IMG/VR virus record: IMGVR_UViG_3300025653_000244
Span: 1-25,292 of that record
Direction: 5' to 3' (one strand)
Length of the DNA stretch: 25,292 bases
DNA from: a virus
Taxonomy: Duplodnaviria; Caudoviricetes
A program made the translations under genes and the position numbers. The notes under the pieces are model-generated. The model was not told the origin of the DNA. It ran no database searches and was given only the letters and a program-made list of their open reading frames with translations. Of this stretch, positions 1 through 8,703 are shown piece after piece (the stretch's first letter is position 1; each line of letters starts with the position of its first letter).

Positions 1-1222
1 TATTTCTAACACCAGTACCACGTCCATCAGGACATTCACCACGCTCCATAGCCAACTGGTACGTACTGTATTGAGCCTGCTGTTTGATCTCTTGGAACAT
101 CTGGTAGTTTTCACTAGCGGCCTGCCACGATTCCCAAGCTATGCCTTTGCCTTGGAGGTAGCCGTGGAAGCCCATCGCTCCGAGGCCAACTGAGCGTTCT
201 CTGTAAGCTGAGTAAACAGCTTTTGATAGTTGCTCTGGTGCGTTGTCAATAAAGAATTGAAGCACGTTGTCCAAGAATCTGATAAGGTCTCCAACCATTC
301 CGCTTGATTTCCAGTCGTCGTATTTTTCGAGGTTGACTGATGAGAGGCAACAGACTGCTGTGCGTTCTTCATTTGTTGCGAGATGGATTTCATTGCAGAG
401 GTTGCTACCCATAATTGAGAGTCCAAGCCGTCTCTGAGCTTCTGGTAAACCCCGTCTGGCTGTGTCGATAAAGTTAAGGTAAGGACTGCCAGTTCTGAAG
501 CGAGCTTCAAGTATTCGTTGCCAAAGTCTGCGAGCCTTGACTGTATCTCTGACAATTCCTGTACTTGGGTCTGTGAGATTCCATTCTGTATCATTGATTA
601 CCGCCTCCATAAAAGCGTCAGTGATATTCACTGCATTAAAAAGATTAAAACATTTGCGATTGATGTCGCCACCAGTCGCTACCTTGAAGGAGATAAACTC
701 CTCGATGTCAGGATGACTTACGTCTAGGTACGCCGCGTAGCTTCCCTTCCGTGTCTTCCCCTGCTTGTACGCTGTCATCTGAGCGTCCACTACTTTCATG
801 AATGGAATCGGTCCCGGAGCCTTGTCGCTCACTCCTCTCACGTCTGACCAGTGCCCACCCACACCTCCGCCCTTTACGGAAAGCCACGCTACTTCACCGT
901 TATGTTCAATAAGGCTATCAAGATTGTCACCCACGTAAGTAAGGAAACAAGAAATAGGCAACCCACTAATCTTTCCATTCGGTTCTGGGGCATTGCTGAG
1001 GACAGGTGACGCAAACATGAACCAACCCTTTGAGGCATAGTCATAAATACGTTGTGCCAAATCCAGATCCCCATAGCAGTAGGCCACTGCCGCACGAGCG
1101 AAAGCCTGCTGAGGAGATTCTTCATGCTCAAGCATATAGTAGTCACGCATGAGTGTGCTTGCTTGATCACTGAGGCGAAAGTCTCTTTCATAGTCAATCG
1201 TTATCCCAAGGTGTTGAGTCAT
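1..1222 (-). CDS. nrdA: Ribonucleotide reductase class I alpha subunit, 3'-truncated by the window edge
   Basis: Absent from the ORF track because there is no stop in the window. Manual translation from ATG 1222 gives MTQHLGITIDYERDFRLS...FMFASPVLSN...LPISCF...KGGGVG...RKGSYAAYLDVSHPDIEEF...GSNLCNEIHL...AVCCLSSVNL...ERSVGLGAMG...GVRN, which includes the catalytic SCF, NLCxE and VCCL motifs. Confidence 0.95.
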   Translation of the reverse strand, partial: MTQHLGITIDYERDFRLSDQASTLMRDYYMLEHEESPQQAFARAAVAYCYGDLDLAQRIYDYASKGWFMFASPVLSNAPEPNGKISGLPISCFLTYVGDNLDSLIEHNGEVAWLSVKGGGVGGHWSDVRGVSDKAPGPIPFMKVVDAQMTAYKQGKTRKGSYAAYLDVSHPDIEEFISFKVATGGDINRKCFNLFNAVNITDAFMEAVINDTEWNLTDPSTGIVRDTVKARRLWQRILEARFRTGSPYLNFIDTARRGLPEAQRRLGLSIMGSNLCNEIHLATNEERTAVCCLSSVNLEKYDDWKSSGMVGDLIRFLDNVLQFFIDNAPEQLSKAVYSAYRERSVGLGAMGFHGYLQGKGIAWESWQAASENYQMFQEIKQQAQYSTYQLAMERGECPDGRGTGVRN

Positions 1223-1370
1223 CGAAATCATTCTCCAGTGTGTCTTGTTTTTCTTCAATGCGATCAGTGAACCGATCTACCAAGTCAGCAGAGGTAATTT
1301 CTAATGTTTCCATTACAGTTACCTCGTCTAACTGCTTGAGTTTATCCTTAATTTCTTCAAGCGTAAACAT
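1194..1370 (-). CDS. Small acidic hypothetical phage protein (58 aa)
   Basis: Manual translation gives MFTLEEIKDKLKQLDEVTVMETLEITSADLVDRFTDRIEEKQDTLENDFDDSTPWDND*. It fills the gap between DUF3310 and nrdA in the operon direction. Confidence 0.8.
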   Translation of the reverse strand: MFTLEEIKDKLKQLDEVTVMETLEITSADLVDRFTDRIEEKQDTLENDFDDSTPWDND

Positions 1371-1375
1371 TTATT

Positions 1376-1606
1376 TTACCATACTTCAATCAATTTGTCA
1401 AGGTAATGTTTGCACTTTTGCAAGTCTAACACACCGCCTTTGTCTTGAAACCTAGCTATGTATTTGATTACATTACCCAACAAGAATCCTTTGAACTGTT
1501 CCTCAGTCATCCATGCTTCCATAGCTTCCCAAGGTTGGATGTCTTTGTTGGTGTAGTGATTACCACCTAGCTGATATTCATGAGCCATAGAAGTTAGATC
1601 AGGCAT
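1376..1606 (-). CDS. DUF3310 / SaV-like protein (T7 gp1.7-related family)
   Basis: Pattern GGNHY...IQPWE...GFLLGNVIKYIARFQDKGGVLDLQKCKHYL is typical of DUF3310. Confidence 0.85.
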   Translation of the reverse strand: MPDLTSMAHEYQLGGNHYTNKDIQPWEAMEAWMTEEQFKGFLLGNVIKYIARFQDKGGVLDLQKCKHYLDKLIEVW

Positions 1607-2363
1607 ACCTCTCCCTCAAGTAATTGATTGACACTGGCATCTCATCGAATGCTCCGTCTTTGACTTCGTGCAACATCCATATACCAGACCATGATCCGTT
1701 AGTCTGTGGGTTTAGATAGTCTTCATCATGAAGATAATAAATACCTGCAAACAATCCAGTGATTCGTTTACCATCAGCACGTCTAGCGTAAGAAATGCTA
1801 CGATCCTGTACATGTCCCATTACACAAGACATATGTTGCTTGGTAATTAAAGCATTAGAGGAACTCACTGGCCTTCCCATGACACCAGAAACAAAGTAAT
1901 GGCTATAACAAACGCCGTCAATAACCACAGGTTGTAAGAAATCATACACTTCCCATCCCATCTCTTTCAAGTATAGATCATCGAACGACATCAGGCCTTC
2001 TAGTTTCGGATCAGCATTGATTGCACGTTCAATACGATACTCATGGTTTCCTAAAGTAAACACCATACGAGGGTTCCACTGCTTGTGTTTGTTACGATGC
2101 AAGCGTTTCTTTTCTTTCTCGATTGGTTCAAGAAATGCTTTCATTCCCTCGATACCTGCATTGATATCATTGATATACCTGCGTCCTTCAAAAGACTTCT
2201 TGCCTACATCATACGTTGACAGTGACGGCATATCAAAGTGATCTCCAATATGAATAATCACATCAGGTTTCTTCTCAACGGCATATTCTCCTGCCCATCT
2301 CAAGTGATCCAGTGGATTCCCCGGCTTAACTTGAGTGTCAGGTATGACCATATGTTTAGTCAT
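1599..2363 (-). CDS. Calcineurin-like metallophosphoesterase
   Basis: Motifs IPDTQ, IGDHFD, GNHE, SHY and GHVQ. Confidence 0.88.
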   Translation of the reverse strand: MTKHMVIPDTQVKPGNPLDHLRWAGEYAVEKKPDVIIHIGDHFDMPSLSTYDVGKKSFEGRRYINDINAGIEGMKAFLEPIEKEKKRLHRNKHKQWNPRMVFTLGNHEYRIERAINADPKLEGLMSFDDLYLKEMGWEVYDFLQPVVIDGVCYSHYFVSGVMGRPVSSSNALITKQHMSCVMGHVQDRSISYARRADGKRITGLFAGIYYLHDEDYLNPQTNGSWSGIWMLHEVKDGAFDEMPVSINYLRERYA

Positions 2364-2369
2364 GACTAA
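2356..2369. repeat. Palindrome TTAGTCATGACTAA, copy 1
   Basis: Exact match, centred on the metallophosphoesterase ATG (2363) and containing the resolvase stop. Confidence 0.95.
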
Positions 2370-2700
2370 GGTTCCTTAACAATTCAAAGAAGTGCTCTGC
2401 GTCTACGACTGCGAGAGGTTTCCTTCTGTTTTCTTTAACAATGACAAGTGGCTGTGCATCGCCTCGATTGTTGCACTGGTCAATATAACGATAGACTCCA
2501 ACTCTCGCAAGGCTCTTGCATTCGACATCATACGCGAAAGACTTACTAGCCAAAGGGCTAAGTTGAAGATCACTGCCGCTAACGCCCATGCTTGTGCTTC
2601 TGACATCATCTTCCTCCAAGTGTGAGTATACTGCCAAGACTTGATCACGAGTCCACTGCTGTAGTTTACGCCCTTTAGCTTTCGCTGATTGCGTCTTCAT
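2356..2700 (-). CDS. Putative Holliday-junction resolvase / PD-(D/E)xK nuclease
   Basis: The likely start is ATG 2700 (MKTQSAKAKGRKLQQW), with GGAG upstream. Contains G.D...YDVECK. Confidence 0.72.
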   Translation of the reverse strand: MKTQSAKAKGRKLQQWTRDQVLAVYSHLEEDDVRSTSMGVSGSDLQLSPLASKSFAYDVECKSLARVGVYRYIDQCNNRGDAQPLVIVKENRRKPLAVVDAEHFFELLRNLSHD

Positions 2701-3364
2701 CTGGAGGACTCCATATCTCATCTGGTTTACGTTGTAAGTACAATAAGATTCCATTCTCAATTGCACGTTCTTGACTGCCTAACTCCTCAACACACACGTC
2801 AAACATTTCCCGTTCACTCAGTCCATTGAGTAATTTGTATGCTTTCTTTGGCCCAATACCCTTGACACCGATGATGTTATCAACACGGTCTCCAACAAGA
2901 AACTGCATGTAAAAGTTAAGCAATCCTTCTTCTGCTGTAATGTAATACTTTTCCTTCTTGGTAAAGTTGTAGTGCCACCCTTGCACTTGATCAAAGTCTT
3001 TGTCTAAAGAAACGATGATGCTATCGTCACCGTGCTCAGTACATGCAGTAGCAATAGCATCATCAGCTTCGTTTCCCTTACTTACACAACCATTCCAAGC
3101 AGTCAACAGATACTCACGCAACAAGGCATGATGTGTTGGCTTCTCACCTTTTCGATTGCCCTTATAAGGAGCAGTGATGGCGTAGTCATTCCGATAGTTT
3201 GTAGGACCTGTCAAGTAAGTAATCCATGTATTACAATTCAGATCAAACATCAGCATGTCCTCCAAGAAGGAAGCCATCGTCCTGATAGCAATATCCTCAG
3301 ACTCTTCGTTGGTTGCAAACCCTATACGGTAGCAGAGGATATCACCATCAATCAGAGCTATCAC
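2675..3364 (-). CDS. 5'-3' exonuclease / RNase H (T7 gp6-like FEN family)
   Basis: Motifs LIDGD, YKGNR, EADD, DKD, GDRVDNIIGVKGIGPKKA. Confidence 0.93.
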   Translation of the reverse strand: MIALIDGDILCYRIGFATNEESEDIAIRTMASFLEDMLMFDLNCNTWITYLTGPTNYRNDYAITAPYKGNRKGEKPTHHALLREYLLTAWNGCVSKGNEADDAIATACTEHGDDSIIVSLDKDFDQVQGWHYNFTKKEKYYITAEEGLLNFYMQFLVGDRVDNIIGVKGIGPKKAYKLLNGLSEREMFDVCVEELGSQERAIENGILLYLQRKPDEIWSPPDEDAISES

Positions 3365-3777
3365 AGTGTCTCTTCATCCTCAGAGACTTCGTTGACAGGC
3401 TCAGGTGTATACGCATTTAAGTCTGTGACTACCAACTTAGAAATACCCATTGACATTCCTGATGTACCAGTGGGCGACTTCCATGAGTATGGCTTAAGCA
3501 TAATAGTTGCCTTACTGCCGTTACCCACTTTGATATCGGACGCAATGATGTCACCATTCTTATCATAAGGTGTGATCTCATAGTTCTTAGACTTACAAGT
3601 GATATAGAATCCCTTGTCTTCTTTCTGTCGAACAGATACCCCAGTCTTCTCAATCAACTCTACCTGATCATCAGATAGATTAACGAGGTCAACTTGGTAC
3701 TTACCGCTGAGCTTGTTACGCTCATACAGGAAAGGCCACATCAACTCTACGTCATCAAGTTTAAATACTTCGCTCAT
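3361..3777 (-). CDS. Single-stranded DNA-binding protein (T7 gp2.5-like)
   Basis: Lies between PolA and the exonuclease. Has SGKYQVDL and VGNGSKA motifs, an acidic C-terminal tail and a strong RBS (AGGAGA). Confidence 0.75.
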   Translation of the reverse strand: MSEVFKLDDVELMWPFLYERNKLSGKYQVDLVNLSDDQVELIEKTGVSVRQKEDKGFYITCKSKNYEITPYDKNGDIIASDIKVGNGSKATIMLKPYSWKSPTGTSGMSMGISKLVVTDLNAYTPEPVNEVSEDEETL

Positions 3778-3809
3778 ACTTTTCTCCTATAGGAAGTAAT
3801 AGAACATAT

Positions 3810-3839
3810 ATTATAGCACACAATATTAATGTGTGTCAA
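3810..3839 (-). promoter_or_regulatory. sigma70-type promoter for SSB and downstream genes
   Basis: Minus strand reads TTGACA-N18-TATAAT with an extended -10 TG. It overlaps the polA stop codon. Confidence 0.75.
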
Positions 3840-5478
3840 ACCAATTGTTACCAATTTTTGCTTCAGCATCTACTGGGCATCTGAAGTTCAAGGTAAACCC
3901 GGCTTGTGAGGCCGAACTGCACATGATCTGTGCAACATCTTCACCATACTTCTCCTCTGTTTCAATTTGAATTTCATCATGTACAAATGCAACTTGCCGC
4001 ACAGGTAAGCGAAATCTCCTGAATTGTTGATGTGCTTCAATACACCACTGCTTTGCAATGATAGCCCCGCAACCTTGAAGGAGGCTGTTGAGTGCGGCAT
4101 GCTCAGATCTAACAATGATTCTTCTACCGTCCAACCCCGGTACGTACCCTTTGCTCGCCACTTTCTTAACTTTTTCCATGAGTCTCGATAGCGCAGGGGT
4201 GTTAGCATAAAAGCGCGACAAGACCTCTTGCCCCTGACGCGCACCTCCCCCGACAATACTACCAATCTTTGCGGGTCCCGCGCCGTAAAGGGTTGCATAG
4301 ATGAGAGTCTTAGCCTGCGGTCTCGTAATGCCTGCGGCATCAGCGTTCTTCTGATGGATATCTCCATTCAATAACTCCTCTGTCCAGTCTGGATCTTGCA
4401 TATAATGAGCGAGACATCGTAGCTCAATACCACTCAGGTCTGTCCCAACTAAAACATTACCGTCAGTTACCCCCCATAACGCCCTACATTCAGCACCATA
4501 ATCACTGTTGACACTAGGGATTTGTCCCATGTTTGGTTTTTGATGCGTCATACGTCCAGTCACAGCACCGTTGGTTATCACTCTACCATGTACCCTACCG
4601 TCATCCTTAACGCTATCAATCCACGAATCAAGCAGACCGACACGCTTCTGTATCATCAGGTACTCAGCGATCAACTGCGCTTCAGGCAGATCAATAGCCT
4701 TGAGTGTACCCTCATCAACTATGATAGTACCTTTCTCAGTCGTCTTAGTAAACTTAACGCCACGCTCCTGAAGACGTTCTGCGATTTGCTTGCGCGATCC
4801 CACATTGAATACGGTAACCCTGTCTTTAAGTTGTTTGCCTGTCTTCTCTGACCAACGCTCTTCCACAATCGGAGGAAATATATTTTGCAAGTGGTCAGTA
4901 ATATCAGACATTCGATCTTTAAGTTGAGCCAATAAAGAGATAGCGTCTTTCTCATTGAGTTTAAAACCATTGTCTTCCTGCTTCTTCATGATGTATGCGA
5001 TACGATGCTCAAGATCAACAGAGTATGCGTAGCCCTGCAACTCTTTGTCGAGCTTCTCATACAACAGCGTAGTCACATGGACATCCTGCCTACAATACTT
5101 GATCATCTCTTGCGTGAGGCCACCGTCAAAGTCAGTGAACTCATCTTTGAAATCACCAAGACGTTGACCCCACATACGTAGACTATGACCACCCTCCAGT
5201 TGTGGATTCCATAGCCTTGACATCACTAATGTATCACGCACCTTGCGTACAGGAATCTTGATATCCCATACTCTTGACAAGACAGGACCATCAAACCCAA
5301 TGATGTTATGACCAACAACAATGTCAGCCTGATTGATTAGCTCTTGCAGTCCGCCTTGTCCATGCGTAAACACATTACCTTCACTCGCAGGAAACCAATT
5401 ACCCTTGGTCACGCAACACCAGATAGTGTCATGCGCGAGGTTGGTTTCGATATCGAGTACCAGTACATTTGGTTGCAT
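3826..5478 (-). CDS. polA: Family A DNA polymerase with 3'-5' exonuclease
   Basis: Exonuclease motifs DIET, HNIIGFD and YCRQD. Polymerase motifs A (DLSGIELR), B (RPQAKTLIYATLYG) and C (VHDE). Confidence 0.97.
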   Translation of the reverse strand: MQPNVLVLDIETNLAHDTIWCCVTKGNWFPASEGNVFTHGQGGLQELINQADIVVGHNIIGFDGPVLSRVWDIKIPVRKVRDTLVMSRLWNPQLEGGHSLRMWGQRLGDFKDEFTDFDGGLTQEMIKYCRQDVHVTTLLYEKLDKELQGYAYSVDLEHRIAYIMKKQEDNGFKLNEKDAISLLAQLKDRMSDITDHLQNIFPPIVEERWSEKTGKQLKDRVTVFNVGSRKQIAERLQERGVKFTKTTEKGTIIVDEGTLKAIDLPEAQLIAEYLMIQKRVGLLDSWIDSVKDDGRVHGRVITNGAVTGRMTHQKPNMGQIPSVNSDYGAECRALWGVTDGNVLVGTDLSGIELRCLAHYMQDPDWTEELLNGDIHQKNADAAGITRPQAKTLIYATLYGAGPAKIGSIVGGGARQGQEVLSRFYANTPALSRLMEKVKKVASKGYVPGLDGRRIIVRSEHAALNSLLQGCGAIIAKQWCIEAHQQFRRFRLPVRQVAFVHDEIQIETEEKYGEDVAQIMCSSASQAGFTLNFRCPVDAEAKIGNNWFDTH

Positions 5479-7064
5479 TACAACTCCTCATCATTTACCT
5501 CAGTCATTCTACCAGTATCACGGGAGTATAACAAGCTACACGCAGGACCAGTAGTCCCACTGAATCGGTTCTTCAGAACACGAACACGGGTAGTGTTACG
5601 CTCAGTGATATCCTCAGCCTGACCATTACGCTCCAGTCCGATCACCATATCAGATAACTGAGCAATGGAACCAGACCCACGCAGTTGTGCCAAAGACGTA
5701 GCCGCACCTTCTTCATGTCCCTTAGAGTCAGGACGCTTGAGGTGGGACACCACAATCAGAGCAATACCAGTCTCCTGAACAAGCATACGTAGCTTGGTCA
5801 TGATCTCATCTATGGCCTTTCGTTCATCACCACTGGCTTGAGCAGATACCACGATACTAATATGATCGAGGAATATATAACTACAGCCCAATCCCTTTGC
5901 AAGATACCGTACTCTATTGATGATGTTATCAACAGAGGTACTACCAAAATGATCGAACAGGTATATACGATCAGTACCCAAGGTTTTGGTAAACGCATCC
6001 ATCTTCTCCTGCACTGTTGATTCTGAATCCGGTAAATGTAATGGCTTGTTAGCCGCAAGTGACATCAAGGATAGACCAGTCTTACGCACAGACTCCTCCA
6101 AGAACATCAACCCCATAGAGTCCTCAGTCTTGTTGAGTACATGCCACACAATCTCACGCACAAACTGTGACTTACCTAGGCCAGATCCGGCAGTGATGGT
6201 AACCAACTCTCCTTTTCGTAGACCGTAGGTCAGACTATTCATCCCGGCAAAAGGATAGTCACAATCAGATGGCTCAATCGGGCGCATCACTTCTTGAAGT
6301 AAAGAGCTACCAACAACAATCCCATCGGGGACATGCTGTTCAGAAGCCCACCACTTATCGGTAAACTCCTTGGCCTTCTTGTTCTGAAGATAATCACACG
6401 CATCCTTCATACCATCGAGATGTCTGAATATCTTAGCCTTAGCCCCGAACAATTCAGCAACCTGAGATGCCGCCTTCTGCCCCGGCTCATCTGAATCAAA
6501 GCAGATCACTACGTTGTCAAAGGAATCAAGCCACTCATACTGATTCTGTATATCCTTGATCGCTGAGGTTGCACCATTACGAATCGAGACCACTGGATAC
6601 TTAGACCCAAGCATCTGATATGCCGCCATCGCATCGAACTCACCCTCGACAATGGTGACATACTTACCACCCTTGCTGAATAGATGCTGACCATAAAGCC
6701 CTGCGCGTTTCCAGTCCCCATTGATACGGAAGTTCTTGTCCGCTGTCCGGGTCTTGTATGCAATGATCTCACCTCGATCATCCGTGTAGTTGAAGTGATA
6801 TATCTGCCCTTCCTTGGCACACTTGTATGCCTTGGCAGTGTCGCTACTGATACCACGCTCAATAATCGTCAGATAAATCTCATGGATTGTATCCAGTTGT
6901 TTAGCTTCCACCTGTACCTCCGTATGGGTTGGTGTGTAATCGTCGCCCTGTGGGCCTCTACGTGCGTCACAGGCAAAGCAATGCGTCCATCCATCCTCAT
7001 TGATAGCGAGCGCATTACTTGAGCCACAGTCATTGCATGGTTGGTGCGTCTTTACAAAAGACAT
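5478..7064 (-). CDS. DNA primase-helicase (T7 gp4-like)
   Basis: N-terminal Zn finger (CNDC...CFAC), TOPRIM motifs (EGEFDA, DSDEPG), Walker A GSGLGKS, and LDHIS, VSHL, LRGSGSIAQLSD, KNRFSG. Confidence 0.97.
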   Translation of the reverse strand: MSFVKTHQPCNDCGSSNALAINEDGWTHCFACDARRGPQGDDYTPTHTEVQVEAKQLDTIHEIYLTIIERGISSDTAKAYKCAKEGQIYHFNYTDDRGEIIAYKTRTADKNFRINGDWKRAGLYGQHLFSKGGKYVTIVEGEFDAMAAYQMLGSKYPVVSIRNGATSAIKDIQNQYEWLDSFDNVVICFDSDEPGQKAASQVAELFGAKAKIFRHLDGMKDACDYLQNKKAKEFTDKWWASEQHVPDGIVVGSSLLQEVMRPIEPSDCDYPFAGMNSLTYGLRKGELVTITAGSGLGKSQFVREIVWHVLNKTEDSMGLMFLEESVRKTGLSLMSLAANKPLHLPDSESTVQEKMDAFTKTLGTDRIYLFDHFGSTSVDNIINRVRYLAKGLGCSYIFLDHISIVVSAQASGDERKAIDEIMTKLRMLVQETGIALIVVSHLKRPDSKGHEEGAATSLAQLRGSGSIAQLSDMVIGLERNGQAEDITERNTTRVRVLKNRFSGTTGPACSLLYSRDTGRMTEVNDEEL

Positions 7065-7281
7065 GCTCGTTCTCCTTGTACATCTCAGCCATTACGCCAA
7101 GAGCATAACACGCAACAGGCTCACTTGTATAGTCACGCAGACTCAACAGTACACGCAACAGTCCATACTTATGGATCAACTTTGTTGCGCCAACGAGAAC
7201 TTCATGTTCAATAACTTCTTGCATCACTGCTTCAAAGTCCACAACATCATTCGCAATCAAATCATCTTCATACTTAGTCAT
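7030..7281 (-). CDS. Hypothetical protein (83 aa)
   Basis: Has a GGAG RBS and fits the operon direction. The start codon lies inside the 14-bp palindrome. Confidence 0.7.
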   Translation of the reverse strand: MTKYEDDLIANDVVDFEAVMQEVIEHEVLVGATKLIHKYGLLRVLLSLRDYTSEPVACYALGVMAEMYKENEHVFCKDAPTMQ

Positions 7282-7287
7282 GACTAA
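7274..7287. repeat. Palindrome TTAGTCATGACTAA, copy 2
   Basis: Exact match, centred on ATG 7281. Confidence 0.95.
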
Positions 7288-7345
7288 TCTCCATAGTCTA
7301 TTACTAAAGATAATAATAATAAATATAAATAACTATATAGAATAT

Positions 7346-7374
7346 ATTCTATCATGAATCATCATCAGAGTCAA
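7346..7374 (-). promoter_or_regulatory. sigma70-type promoter for the replication operon
   Basis: Minus strand reads TTGACT-N17-TAGAAT with an extended -10 TG, followed by an AT-rich leader. Confidence 0.65.
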
Positions 7375-7537
7375 CCTCATCGTCAATCGACATTAAATCC
7401 TGTCGTTCGATTGCTTTGACATCGACTCTGATGTGTGAATAACATTCATTACATAAGTCTAAATAGTCTTCATAAGTTACTGATTTTCTTGTTGATTCAA
7501 ATTCATTCAACAGCTTGTTACAGGCTTGACATCGCAT
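7352..7537 (-). CDS. Small zinc-finger protein
   Basis: CQAC...CNEC pair of CxxC motifs and an acidic tail. Confidence 0.72.
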   Translation of the reverse strand: MRCQACNKLLNEFESTRKSVTYEDYLDLCNECYSHIRVDVKAIERQDLMSIDDEVDSDDDS

Positions 7538-7794
7538 TTTTTACCCCACGGTTTTGTGATCATCCAGTGACCACAGGGTATCACACCATGCCATAGTTTG
7601 TCAAAGTCTTTTCGAGGAGGAGTGTTACCTCCCTCACGTTTAGCAAGACCATACTGCTCACGATAGCGACACGCAAACTGCCTGATTGAATTTGTAGATC
7701 CACCCAATCTATCAGAGATCTCAGAGGCAGTGAAGCCTTGATGCCACATGTCAACAAAGATCTTGACTTGAGCGTCAGTGTACTTTGGTCTCAT
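7507..7794 (-). CDS. Helix-turn-helix protein resembling the GcrA N-terminal DNA-binding domain
   Basis: YTDAQVKIFVDMWHQGFTASEISDRLGGSTNSI parallels the GcrA pattern WTDERV..L..LW..G.SASQIA..LGG.TRNAV. Confidence 0.6.
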   Translation of the reverse strand: MRPKYTDAQVKIFVDMWHQGFTASEISDRLGGSTNSIRQFACRYREQYGLAKREGGNTPPRKDFDKLWHGVIPCGHWMITKPWGKKCDVKPVTSC

Positions 7795-8003
7795 TCTTCA
7801 TACTCCCTCTGCATGAGATACAACTCACCGATCACATGCTCAGCCAACGCAAGACGACCCCGTAAGAAGTCAATATGCTGAGACTGCGTTGACAATCTCA
7901 CAGATGCGGCCTCAAGAATCCCATCACTGTCTTCAAACTCTACAGTTAAAGGGTCAATGTCTCTGATGAACTCAATCATCTGGTCTGTTGTGTAATGCTT
8001 CAT
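7791..8003 (-). CDS. Hypothetical protein with a coiled-coil-like C-terminal half
   Basis: The likely start is ATG 8003 (MKHY), in an ATGA overlap with the upstream gene and preceded by GAGG. Confidence 0.65.
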   Translation of the reverse strand: MKHYTTDQMIEFIRDIDPLTVEFEDSDGILEAASVRLSTQSQHIDFLRGRLALAEHVIGELYLMQREYEE

Positions 8004-8275
8004 TCGTAAGATACCTCTTCTAGTTTCATTGATGGCTCTTCGTTCTTGACGTAACGCCATATTTCTCTATCTGTTCCACACATCCACTTGACTTCCTCGA
8101 TGAAGCCTTGTGGCAAACTCTGGCTGTAGTCTTCCAACTCAACAGACTGCAAGTGCCATGAGTCAGGGATATCATAACCCTTCTCAAACTTCCAGACCAC
8201 ATCAAGACAGAACTCATTGCCCTCTGGGTCATACCACCAATGAGTACCGTAATACTCGTGACCATCTTTATACAT
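8000..8275 (-). CDS. Hypothetical acidic, aromatic-rich protein (91 aa)
   Basis: Has a GAGGA RBS and is tightly coupled to its neighbours. Confidence 0.7.
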   Translation of the reverse strand: MYKDGHEYYGTHWWYDPEGNEFCLDVVWKFEKGYDIPDSWHLQSVELEDYSQSLPQGFIEEVKWMCGTDREIWRYVKNEEPSMKLEEVSYE

Positions 8276-8366
8276 GACACTTCCTCTTCAACCAACACAA
8301 TGCACAGAGTAATCCCCAAGGCTCACGCACCAATGCAGGTGCGCTACAGTGATCACACTTATCCAT
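8268..8366 (-). CDS. 32-aa zinc-ribbon microprotein
   Basis: Manual translation gives MDKCDHCSAPALVREPWGLLCALCWLKRKCHV*. It overlaps both neighbours by 8 bp and exactly fills the gap. Confidence 0.6.
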   Translation of the reverse strand: MDKCDHCSAPALVREPWGLLCALCWLKRKCHV

Positions 8367-8703
8367 GATAAACCATCCTTGAGACATCTTCTCGACTCAT
8401 GAACTTGTGATCCATGTCCGCAACATCCTCAGCATCAAGCCATGCATCCTTGGAGTTACCTCCCGCATCAATACCAAGGAACAACACACGTCCCGCATAC
8501 GGATCAGGGTATACGTCAGGCATATACACAAACGCAGTCTCAGTATAAAGCCCCTCATCGTTGACATAGATGGCATCGCCACCCTCGTCGTATCCGCCAG
8601 AACCAAAACAGTCACACTGCAAATGCTTCTGGATATCCCGCCAGTCACCTACTTCTACGTTCTCAATCGTCTTGAGATATGGATCAACCAATACACCTTT
8701 CAT
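8359..8703 (-). CDS. DUF3846-like protein
   Basis: Pattern LVDP...IQKHLQC...AIYVNDEGL...YAGRVLFLG. Confidence 0.7.
   Translation of the reverse strand: MKGVLVDPYLKTIENVEVGDWRDIQKHLQCDCFGSGGYDEGGDAIYVNDEGLYTETAFVYMPDVYPDPYAGRVLFLGIDAGGNSKDAWLDAEDVADMDHKFMSREDVSRMVYHG

Noticed and set aside
139-1197. Track ORFs 139-594 and 889-1197 (minus)
   Set aside because: They are alternative frames inside nrdA, whose frame carries all the catalytic motifs.
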